64,000 nucleotides of DNA from Camelus ferus (taxonomy: Eukaryota). The position numbers and the translations under genes are program-made. Under the pieces are notes generated by a model. That model was not told the origin of the DNA and ran no database searches. It was given only the letters and a program-made list of their open reading frames with translations. How positions within the stretch are numbered: the stretch's first letter is position 1; each line of letters begins with the position of its first letter. The stretch covers positions 13,206,001 to 13,270,000 of the forward strand of contig NC_045712.1 of assembly GCF_009834535.1 (NCBI RefSeq), in the 5' to 3' direction. Below are positions 23,446 to 34,475 of this stretch, in pieces.

Positions 23446-26400
23446 TGAGTCCTGCATTTAGGATTAGGCACTGATAGGTTCAGAATAAGAGAGAAGGCTA
23501 GTAGTGTGTGAGATGAAAATGTGCTCGAAGTAGTCTTACCCTCTGGAATCTAAGTCTAGCCCCTGACCAAGTTCTCACAGTCTCCCTCTTGGGGCTTTCA
23601 GTGGGCTCTGTGAACACTCTCTCAATCTCTCTCTCTAAATATATATATAAGTTCCCTGTTCTTTGCACATGGCATTACCTTATTGAGCACCAGTCCACTT
23701 GTTAATGCAGCATTCTGCTGGGCAAGCCTCTAAAGAATCCCATGTGTCAGATGCCATGTGGATTAGCGAGTGGTGGGTGTTTAAATGCTAAGGAAGAAAC
23801 CAAATGTTTCCATTAAAATGCTCCAATCTAGAGACCAAGTGCAAAGGGAAATGAATATCACAGTGAAAAAAAAAAAAGGGAAATTGATGACATAGTACTT
23901 TTTTTTTTATTATTTGTAGATATACTTTGCATTTGACAGTGATTTTAGGATTCATCCCTTCAAAGCCCTTGGCATGATTTTTCTTGATTCTTTCAGCTGG
24001 TGAGGTTGGTTGACATTCTCCCTTCCTTTAAACCTGGAGGAAATTGGGTCCAAGGAAGTCCAATCTCCTTCCCAGCGTCTCAGGTTTTGTTCATCTCGGT
24101 GCCCCAGTGGCAGCGATTGGCTTCTGTTTGGCTTCCCCTGACAGCCCAGCTGAGCTATCTGGTATCTCTCCTTTTTCCATTAAGTCAGTAGGACAAACAC
24201 AAGTCTTAATCTCAACAGGATGCTTAAAGAAACTCTATATGTATATATTCATTTTGGGAATAAGTAACCAACTCTTGGAGGACGTAGAGGTCAGTGATGG
24301 CTCTAGAGATTTAAAAGCACGATAAAATGTTCTGAAATTTGCTGCATTTGTCTTACATAAAGAGGCATTGTAGACTTTTGTTTATTGTGGAATCTGTATG
24401 TATATGTGTGTGTATGTTCATTAATAAATGAAGCTTTTCTTGTTGCAGAAGATACTAAAATAGGTAATAAAGTTCCCCATGATCCCATGAGCAGCAGAAC
24501 ACACAGTTTTGCTGTGTAACATTCTCGGCTTTGTTTCCAAATGCTTACGTGTTCTGTTAAATTTTTACTTTTTTTGTATAAACTTTTGTGTCCAACCATT
24601 ATAAACTTTTACCAAGAATAACATTTGCCATTTAGTTCTATGAGAACATGTTTAGTAGCTTAGTTTATGGCCTTGATATTTAAAAGGAAAGAGATTCCTC
24701 CTCTTCATGTTAATTGGTCTGATCCCAGCCACCAGCAGAGAAATTACCGTTTGTTTTCTCCAGAGGGACACCTTTTTCATCAGGAACTTGAGAAATTCAG
24801 GTCCCAAGCCTTTCTCACTTCTGTAGATCACACTTAGGCTCACACTTGGAAGGTGCACGTTCCCATGAAAGTTTCCTGGGGCCCCTTTGAAGTAGCATTT
24901 GCCACCTTCCAGGCTCTCAGAGCAGATGGTTCTCTCCAGGGATTTCTTCCCCCAGTTCCCCTTCCTTGCCCCAAAGGGAGCAGGCTGTTTCTGCCCAGTA
25001 TGCTCGTATGTAATCCATGATACGAGCTCTACAACACAAGCTTCCCGCTGCCACTTGGCACACACAGTGTGCATTTGTCCTGGGGAAAACCAGGGACATG
25101 TGGGATTGTGCTGTCCTCTGTCGCCCGTCCAGTGGGGATGGCCCGCAGACCACCCCAGCCAGACAAGAGCCACCTCCTGTGATTTCTCAGTCTTGGAGAT
25201 TTCTCCCAAACAGTGATCTCTTTGGAGTGGTTTCCGTTAGGTCTGCCCGGCTGTTTCCAGTCCATCTGAATAGCTTTGGCTGAAATAAATTATAAATTGT
25301 CATCAGGAACTTGGTGCCAGCATTCATATTCATTAGATTTTAAGATTTAATGACTATATGGGCCTAAAACAAATCTTTGACTTCTTCTTTTTTTTTTTTT
25401 TTTTCATGTTGTCAAGTGGAGTCTCTTGGTTTCTGACTTTTTAAATACTAATCTGTGGCCACTTTTGGCTCCTGTCAATGGTGTGGCTTTTTTTTAAAAA
25501 AAAAAAAAAAAAAAGGTTTTTTTGGCACCTAGCCAGCAAAGAAGAACAGATTCCTCTTTAAATGAAAAGAAGCTGTTCTTACTTGTTGTAAAATGCAACT
25601 TGTCAGTTGAGCCTGGAACTTTTGGAATGTTCCATGGACGGCTGCTTCAGAGGAAACAGACTGTAACTGGTTACCCCATAAGCTTTAGAACAGTTGATTC
25701 TGAACAATTAAGGGAAGGGCCATTCATTAAGTAATGTTTATTTTTTAATTAGTATTTTCTGGCCTCGGCAAGATGCAAATATGGTATTCTTGAAAAAACT
25801 CTAGATTGAGGCCAGAGTCTGTTCAAATGAGTCCATGTGATCCCTGCCTCTTCTTTCCCCACTGGAAATATTTCAGTTACCTGTTTCATGTGGACAGTCA
25901 TGGAAGGTGGGTGTGTCTGAGTGTGCTGAACACCTGTCTGCTGTACCCGCCCGTCTTACCTCATCCTGTTCTCATTCATGGATACCATCCATACTGTTAC
26001 CCATAGAGACAGCTCATGCCTTTTAACCTCTGCAGATGGCTTTATAGGTTGGTCATCCCTTAGTTTATTTAGAACTTAAAGTCATTGCCAGGTTCCCTTT
26101 ATACCAATAGTACTGCGTTGAGCATCCTGTTACCTCCATAACCTTTAAATGTGTGTGCGAGTGTTATCATTTTGATAGCAAATTTAAAACGCCCTTTATT
26201 TTATATATGAAAATCTTAAGAAATTGGAAATTTAAGATGATCAGAGTTATAAATGATTAGCAGAGCGTGGATTGAAGTCATTTTCCTCCTAACAAGTTAG
26301 AGATTCTTTAAAAATTGTTGTATTGGAAGCCTAGGAGAAATCAAGTTTAGTAAAAGCCCACTACAGTGAAGTGTTATTCCAATTAACTAAGAAGTTCAGT

Positions 26401-26779
26401 ATGAATTAGAGAAAAATCTGTATTTAAAGATGGACTATTATCCCATGTTGAAGTGTACACAGTGACCCACCCTAATATAACTTGATAAAATTCCTTAAGG
26501 GAATCACATTAATGAACAAATAAAGGTGCCAAATACTTATTTTTAGGAAAAATGACACCTCTAGATTGCTCAGCACAGTTAGTCTCGTCCCTAGACAGAA
26601 TATTTCCCCTACAGTGTTTTTTTGCATTTTAACATGCTAGGCAAATGATTTGTCCTAGTTAGAATAAGATAACCATAACGACTTCTTATTTTTCCTAAGT
26701 GGTGTAAATTAGCAAAGGAAGCTAAAAAGGATTGACATTTGAGGGCCGAGGTAGGAGGCTTTTAAACATTTTGTCTGTT

Positions 26780-26870
26780 CAGTTATCACAACCATCTTGT
26801 GCAAATGAGCCTGAATCTTTCCATTTCATAAACTGAGAAACTGAGGCACAGAAGGCTTCAGAACAACTCG
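26780..26870 (-). mobile_element. MIR fragment
   Basis: ccatttcataaactgagaaactgaggcacagaagg. Confidence 0.65.
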
Positions 26871-26926
26871 ATGAAGGTTGTCTATCGGAGTTCGCAAGAC
26901 CCGAAAGTAATGATCCTCTTTCTACT

Positions 26927-27090
26927 GTATCATAGTTGCCTTAAATGGGGTCCTCAGACCTTCTGCATCAGAATCTCCTGAAATGTTCATACTGCAGATT
27001 CCTGGGATGCTCAGGGTGGGTCCTGGGATTCTGCATTGATGAGAAGCTGCCACCTCCTCCTTAGGCACTGTGAAGTCTAAGAGCCACTGT
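26927..27090. mobile_element. MER5A-like hAT-Charlie element
   Basis: gcatcagaatctcctg...tgcagattcctggg...gggtgggtcctgggattctgcat...ctaagagccactg. Confidence 0.75.
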
Positions 27091-28060
27091 CCCAGATCGT
27101 GGTGACCTCCTTTTGGTAATGTGATGAGCTGTGCCAGAGGAGAGGACGAGTGGTCCCTGTCACACGTCTCTTGCAATCGGCACATTAGCAGTGCTCCTCT
27201 GGGTGGCTTCCCCTTCATCACCCCACTCTGTTGCCTCCTGTTACTCACACTGAACTAAACAGCTGCTGGCTTAACAAGTCACTTCCAAGTTGAAATCATC
27301 ACACCACCCAGAGATCATTTCCTAAAAAAGGTTGAAATTTCCAGTGCAGAATCATCAGATCCCAATCCATCAGGTCCTGGATTGTGCCTACTATAGTTGG
27401 AACCTGCTTTTGCATTCTTATGTTTGCTCAAACCAAAAATTAAAAAAAAAAAAAGTGAGAAGGCAGCTTGCAGAAATGATTACTTTTAAAACACCGATAA
27501 ATGCTTTTATTTTCCTTTCCAGCCCTCCTTTGCTATGCTCCTTTGGTGGCCAATTTCCCATAAGTCTGCCCCTAATGGCTGCAGACTTCTCTAGGAGTGA
27601 GATCAGCGGTCCCTTCCAGGTCTCATCCTCTCACCAAAGACAGGGTTTTGGGAGAGCCAGCTAGGTTCAAGGAGCACTTTTTTCCTCCCCTGCCTTTCAC
27701 TGTCTCCATTATTCTCTTTTTTTCTCTCAGCTCTGTGAAATTTCTCTTTTTCACTCTCCAGCAACCTGCTTTTGAGGGGCGAGTCCCAGAAAACTGAATA
27801 GGCGTGTGCTTGGATGAGTGACATGTGGAGAGGTGTGATTGTGATTTGGAGGGGGTCCTAGACCAACTTGGATCTATGTTCTGTGTTGGCAGAAGAGTGT
27901 CTCTGTTTTGGTGCTCAGCTCATCCAAATAAAGAAAGCATTTCCTCTCCTAAAAGGCAGAGGGGAAAAAAGAGAGAAAGAAAAGACCAAAAAAAAAAGAA
28001 AGAAAAAGGAAAAAAAAATTAATCTTAACCATGTACTTCTCTGAAGCTAAATATACACCC

Positions 28061-28440
28061 NNNNNNNNNNNNNNNNNNNNNNNNNNNNNNNNNNNNNNNN
28101 NNNNNNNNNNNNNNNNNNNNNNNNNNNNNNNNNNNNNNNNNNNNNNNNNNNNNNNNNNNNNNNNNNNNNNNNNNNNNNNNNNNNNNNNNNNNNNNNNNNN
28201 NNNNNNNNNNNNNNNNNNNNNNNNNNNNNNNNNNNNNNNNNNNNNNNNNNNNNNNNNNNNNNNNNNNNNNNNNNNNNNNNNNNNNNNNNNNNNNNNNNNN
28301 NNNNNNNNNNNNNNNNNNNNNNNNNNNNNNNNNNNNNNNNNNNNNNNNNNNNNNNNNNNNNNNNNNNNNNNNNNNNNNNNNNNNNNNNNNNNNNNNNNNN
28401 NNNNNNNNNNNNNNNNNNNNNNNNNNNNNNNNNNNNNNNN
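28061..28440. other. Assembly gap (380 N) ending 39 nt upstream of the 32-nt exon
   Basis: N run. Confidence 1.
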
Positions 28441-28479
28441 GATTTCTTCCCCCTTCCCTTCTTGTTGCATTTTTTCCAG

Positions 28480-28511
28480 GGCTGCCAGTTCCCAAGAAGA
28501 GCCCAAAGTCG
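28480..28511 (+). CDS. MAGI1: MAGI1 32-nt exon, phase 1-0 (GLPVPKKSPKS)
   Basis: Acceptor tttttccag|GG; donor TCG|gtaagg. The peptide continues VQRG and precedes QPLERK. Not captured by the ORF track. Confidence 0.95.
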
Positions 28512-29791
28512 GTAAGGACTTGTCAGTTACTTGATGATTGTTTTGGGGGGTGGGGTTGGGGGGCTGGTGGTGGGAAGGGACGCTGTCTGGCTGGACTTGA
28601 CTAAATGTGTTTCAGAGTGGATGGAGGAGACAGCCAGGGCTCATTTTATTAAGTTCTGGGGATCCGTTTGGTATAGAAGGTATTGGGGTTTGTCTTTAGC
28701 TGTCTAGTGATTTGTAGGCAGTCTGCAGGAGCCTGGATAACGAATGCATGTTTGGAATCTTCTCATATAAATGCATCACAACTCTCATTTGAATGCATGA
28801 CTTTCTTAGATGTTTTAACTTGATACAAATGCTATTGTTTCTTTTGGGAGGAGGGAAAAAACAAAAACAAAAAACACCTACCTGCTTACTGGGTAGCATT
28901 GCTCTCAACTGGTGTTTCCAGCCATTCACATGGATAGATTCTCTCCCTAAGCTTTCTTATACATTGGATGATGAATTATTTAAAAAATTGAAAGCCTGAA
29001 GGTTTACGGAAGAGTTGCTCTGCCCTGTATATATGTCCGTGCTCACATGGAAGATGCCCCAGCACTAAGAGTAAGACATTTCCTTGCTGTGGAAACGTCC
29101 TTTGTTGTTTTGCCAGCTTTTAGCGGCATTATGCTGCAGGTATAGGATTCTTTAAAAAAAAAAAAAAAAAAAATCAATGTTATGCTGTCCTTTCTAATCT
29201 GGTTTCCTGAAGATGCATTACCTAGTTGACATGTTAGCTAATAGCTTAGAGGCTTTAATGTTTTGCTTGGTTTTGGTGAGCTTCTGCTCCCGGGGCACTG
29301 ACAACAAATTAAAATGCTACTTAAAAACTCAAAATCTGGAACTCTGATGCCTGTGGAATCGATCCGGGTGAAAGAAGCTTCCCAAATTATTAACATTAGG
29401 ACGAAGAGGGGTGTATTTCCTTGTGGCTTAGAATACGAGGGCGCGGGAAAATTGATAGCCTTCCGCCATCCAGGGATGGAAAGCCTTTAAAACTTTGCAA
29501 TTTAAGGTGCTGCAGCTGAATTCCTTCCACCTGTCTCCAAGCTTGGCCGCGAGAGGCAGAAGAGAAGTTTATTCTGGAGATGAGAGAGGGAGCTGCCTGC
29601 ATTCTTAAGCCCCGCTCCTAAGTTCTCCAAAGAGAAGAACCTGCAATAATTGATGTGATTTCAGTGAAACATAGTGCCATGGTGATGGGGACATGTGATT
29701 TCGGGGCTGCTTCTCTTGTCATTTTGTGTTAATGTCCAGGCTGAAGAGTGCTGGTAGGTTTCTGCGTTGGAACCACAGAGATGCCAAAGCC

Positions 29792-29796
<5 letters not shown>

Positions 29797-29840
<44 letters not shown>
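29797..29840. repeat. (GT)22 microsatellite
   Basis: Read directly; perfect repeat. Confidence 0.97.
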
Positions 29841-29842
<2 letters not shown>

Positions 29843-31479
29843 AGGCATGCATATGTGTCTCCCATCCCTGGGTCATAGTTAGAAACCTATTCAGCCTTCA
29901 GAAAAAATAGCAGCAAATCTGTAAGGTATGTCACATGAGCTTGAGTTAGCAGGACTCATGCTTTTTTCTGCCCCACCCCCCGAGCCTGCTATGTGATGCA
30001 GACTTATTTTACACACTCCACATGGAATGGAGTCTTGACAAGGAGCACACTGGGGGAGATAGAGCAGTTTTGCACAGGCAGCATGGTATCAGGTAGCAAG
30101 GTGTTCTGTTTTGTTTTGCATCCCCTTTAAACTTGCTGTGCAAAAGGATTTTTGTAGCTTCATTTGCATCTCTTCTCCCCCGAAGTGTTTTGGAATTCCC
30201 TGCTGAACTCAAAGGGTATCAAACAGGTACAGAGCCTGCATTCACCAAGTCAGTTAAGAGAATTCCCTGTGACCGTTTATTTTTGTGGAAGCCATGTCAT
30301 TAGCAAGCCGCAAGCCAATTATTCAGGCTGCATTCCTAGGAAGAAAGCTCTCTTAACTGCTTTGCCCACAGTCTGCTGGCTCTTAATTACCACAAGCTAA
30401 GAGACTGGTGTATTGCTGGGTTAGAAATGAACAAGCCCCCGGCTTGGGGCTTGTCCTTTGCTGGCTTCTCTGCCAGGACAGGGATGATGGTTTTCACAGC
30501 ACTGCTGGCACACTCTGGCAGCTGCCGTACAAAATTTGGGGGCTATCAGCCAAGGTCTGCTGTTGCCGGTAGAGCTTCGCTCGCATCTGTGACCAGTGGG
30601 ACTTCTGCACAGGTGAATTGAGAGCGACTTCCCTTGCCCAGTGTGAATTTTGATGAAGTCCTGCCAGAGAGCCAGATGATGATGGAATTTTTTGGTAGGG
30701 TCACAGGGAGTCCACGCGGAAGCCAGATGTTGTGGTTCCAGAAAGCCATTCACATAAAGACAGATAGGGTCAGCTCTGCCGGCCACAGAATGGAACACAC
30801 ACTGCTGAAGCCTGGGTTGTGATACGCTGAGTTACCAGCAGCCCAGAGAAGATGCTGCCTTCACCCTGGACCATGTATTTTCTTTATTCTTAGAAGTTCC
30901 CAACACTGTTGGCTTGCTTATGTGACTGACAGCTTCCTTTGCCCTGGTACCTTTTTTTTTTCCTATAAATATTTTCAATAATTCAGTAGTTGGGTTTTTA
31001 TTAGCCCAGAAGGACTTCTCTTTTTGATCTGACTTCCCCTTCTGGATAGCCTCTATAACTTACCCTTAATAAGCAATTTCACCTACTAGATTTAGTTTAA
31101 ATGTTAAATTGATGGTTGATATCCTCGTGGGAGGTGATGGCTGTCTTCATAAAATGTTACTAATTGAATGCCTAGACGTCCCTAACATCGGAGATTTTTT
31201 TTTTTTTTTAACCAAATGGCAGGGACAAAAATAAGACATATCTGCTGTCAGGTTCTAGGCCTCACTGGGAAGCTTGATTGTGGGGCCCAGTTTAATCATC
31301 CTGACTGGAAACTTGTTCAGTGAAGACTCTTGGTCTAAATCACACACAAGGACTTGGTGTGTGAGGATCGGAAACTCTAAATATCACACCAAACCCTGAA
31401 CTTAAAGTCAGTATTCACCTGTGTTTTCTCACTAGTTCAGTTCCCAACTGGTACTTCCTTTTCACCCTTCTTTCATCTG

Positions 31480-31870
31480 TCCATCTGTCCATGTATCCGC
31501 TTATCCATCCACCCATCCATCCACCCATCCATCCAGCAGGTTGGTGCTGAGAAAGTGCTAAGTGTCGGGTTTGGTGTGAGGCACTGGAAATGCCTTTCTT
31601 CTTGGAGCTGACAAATGATTTATTGATTGCTGCTTTCACAGAAAGGATTCATTGTCACAAATCACCAAAATTTTTTATGCATTTGTTCCATCAACAAACA
31701 TTTATTGAGTATCTCCTTTATCCCAGACCCAATACTCGTCTACAACAGGAACTAAAACAGAACACATTCATGCCCTCCCAGAACTGGGGGGAGACAGATG
31801 ACCACATAAACAAGGCACATCCACACAGACCTTCCCCATGGGGCCTCCAGTGCAATGAGCATATACTTTC
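31480..31870 (-). mobile_element. L2 3' end fragments with a (CCAT/CCAC)n tail
   Basis: tccatccacccatccatcc tract and caacaaacatttattgagtatct...tgccctcccagaactggggggagacag. Confidence 0.7.
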
Positions 31871-33454
31871 AAAAGGTAACAAAGCAGAAATATAACGTAG
31901 AACCAAGGACACACGTAATGAAAATCATTCAGCTCTTAATTATAATGACCTAAGGGAAGTCGCCATACAAAGCCATAAAAAGGACCCAAGATTGAGTTAG
32001 ATGCTGTGATGCAGCCATGGAATTCTTTCAAGTTCTCCAGCAGCCTATGCAATGTAGGGAACCACAGTATTTACTTAGTTTTTATTTTCAGATTAAAAAC
32101 AGCATAAAGTGTTCACTAAGGAGACAACATTTTCCCAGTGACTACAAAACTTCTTATGTAAAGTTTTCTCATAGGGGACACCCAATGATGGGCGGGGAAA
32201 TCTCTTAAGCAAACGCAGCAAACAGAAAGGTAGCAACAGAGACAGGTTTTTGTTCCATTGCCCTCTGTTCCTCACCCCTGGAAGGGCTGCTGAGGACATA
32301 GACAGCTAGTCACTAAAAAATATGGCGGACAGGTTGCTTAGTGTACACAGTGAGTGACCCTGACCTGAATCCTCCTGAATGCTGCCTCTTAAACCCTCCC
32401 GGTGGCCTTAGCACCCCAGTGCCACTTGTCCCAGAACCAGGGCAATAACACCATCCACCAAAGCTCCAAGCTACAGGGAGAAGCAGTGAGAGTCGTAGAT
32501 GGGAGAAGGGTTATGGTTACTGGAGTCAGTCCCGTTGCCTGCCACTGCACACAGCAGCCATACCCTCAGCCCTTTGAAGCCCAGGAAATAGACTTTGCCG
32601 TTGTAGTAGATTCCATGAAAACATCCAGTCTGAGCTTAAAATTCATTTTCACATCCAATCAATACCTTCTTTTTCTTCTCCATTAACTCCTCTTTTTTGC
32701 CTTTTGGGAAGAAATCGTTTGACTTAGACCCATACATGCTAAAAGAAAGAGGCAAAAGTGAAGGACCGTCCTCTGCTTTGGCTTGTTTTTGAGACTGATT
32801 TTCATGCAACCTCTAATGACATTGGCCTGATACCTCATCAGCACTTGGAGTTTTTCCTGTTGTCCACGTACATCGCTGCAGTGGCCTTCAGCCTTGGCAG
32901 ATACGTGAACTGTAAATAATTTTGCTTTAAAATGGATCGATTTGTCATTTTTAAGCCACATGAATTCTTTTCATCATTTAAGCTCCTAAGTGCTGCCTGT
33001 ATTCACTTGCTGTTCCAAGCAAATATTTTCAGCTCACTTTATAAGTACGTCCATTTTGAAATCATTCTGGGAAATACTAATGAGCTGATTTTTTCCCCAC
33101 CATTTCCATTTATAGAGTCCGTTGCATCTTCCCAGTTTCCCTGGCCTGTCGGTAATAAGGAAATCATCTGTTTTAGGGAGGTTGGTATAGGTTTATTTTA
33201 AAAGGTCCTCTGATACAGGTTCACAGCTTGTGTGTGGCCAAGGACTTCTGTGGAGTTTTCACAACTGAACCCATTTCTTTCTTCCTAGTTGGTCCTGATT
33301 TGCTATTCAGAAATTTAAAAAAATCTTGCTTCAAAACTATCTGCATAGTGAAAACAGCTAGTGTTGGAATTATTCATCTCAGTATGTGGTGTTCCTTTCC
33401 AACCATTTTTTTTCAAGCTGGAGACCTGGAGGTGGAGGTCTGTGTTTCTAAGAT

Positions 33455-33620
33455 CTCTTCCTTTCCCCCTTCCCTTCCCCTTACCCTCCTTCTCTCCGCA
33501 ACCCCCTTCATTTTCTTCTCCCTTGGTCCCCTCCCCTCCCTCCTCCCCCTTCCCTCCCCCTCCTCTCCCCCTTCCTTTGGCCCCTCCCCATTCACCTCCT
33601 TCTCTCCCCCATTCAGCCTT
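33455..33620. repeat. Near-homopyrimidine C-rich tract of about 165 nt
   Basis: Many C3-C5 runs separated by T, with very few purines. Confidence 0.9.
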
Positions 33621-33890
33621 TCAGCATTGCCTATCAAATATGGCACCAAACTGTCCTTTGCCTTTACTTGTCCCTCTCCTTTGTCATTTCTTTTCCCCTT
33701 GGTACCAACCACCCTGGGTCCCTCAGACAGTCTGCATAGTAGCCTCTGGACTGGCTCTTGGCTTTTACTCCCACCCCCACCACCCTTTTCAGCAGCCAGT
33801 AGCCAGACCAAACTTCCTGGAAGTAAGTGGGCTCCTGGCCCACCCACCCTTGCTTTGAAGTCATGAATGGATTCCTCCTCCCCTGAACTA

Positions 33891-34050
33891 AAAAAAAATT
33901 TTTTTTTGATAAGTGACAGTTTTGGGTTTTTTTTTTTAAACATTTTTTATTGAGTTATAATCATTTTACAATGTGTCAAATTCCAGTGTAGAGCAGTTTT
34001 GCAGTTATACTTGAACATATATATATTCATTGTCACATTTTTTTTCTCTG
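33891..34050 (-). mobile_element. Young 5'-truncated L1 3' terminus (camelid-type) with extra 3' sequence
   Basis: ttttttattgagttataatcattttacaatgtgtcaaattccagtgtagagca...tgaacatatatatattcattgtcacatttt; 11-bp direct repeat cccctgaacta at 33880-33890 and 34051-34061. Confidence 0.85.
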
Positions 34051-34069
34051 CCCCTGAACTACGAATTGA

Positions 34070-34475
34070 AACCCAAACTCCTTGCCCCACAAAGCCCTTG
34101 CATTTTGGGGTCTCCAAGTTCATCTCAGCCTCCCGGCTCCCCTGTTGTGACACACTCTTCTCCTCCCTGTTCTTCAGACAGTCCAAGCTCAGTTTTGCTT
34201 TGCAGACACAGCACATGCTGCTTCCCTCAGTGGCTGTTCTTCCAGAGGCGTCTCCTACCTACTTATCTAAAGGACATTGCAGTATATTGTCCTCAGTCTT
34301 TTATGATTATTGGATTAATATCTATCACACACACATACACAAACACACACTCCTGGATACACAGGTATAAATTCTAAGTGCTCAGGTACCATCTCTTTCT
34401 CACTGAGACATTGTATCTTTCAGAATCGGGCTCACAGAAGGTGATCTGTATGCTTTATTGGATGAAGGAATAAAT
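34070..34475 (+). mobile_element. L2 3' remnant
   Basis: tataaattctaagtgctcaggtaccatctc...ggctcacagaaggtga...ggatgaaggaataaat. Confidence 0.5.

Noticed and set aside
24652-25209. 185-aa minus-strand ORF and overlapping ORFs
   Set aside because: TTG start, no recognisable homology or splice context; about one stop-free run of this length is expected by chance in six frames of 64 kb.
27949-28534. ORFs of 156-185 aa (also 44912-45181 and 53113-53354)
   Set aside because: Artefacts of translating through N runs; only the true exon parts were kept.
33228-33943. 212-, 165- and 176-aa Pro/Ser- or Gly/Glu-rich ORFs
   Set aside because: Produced by the C/T low-complexity tract, which lacks stop codons.
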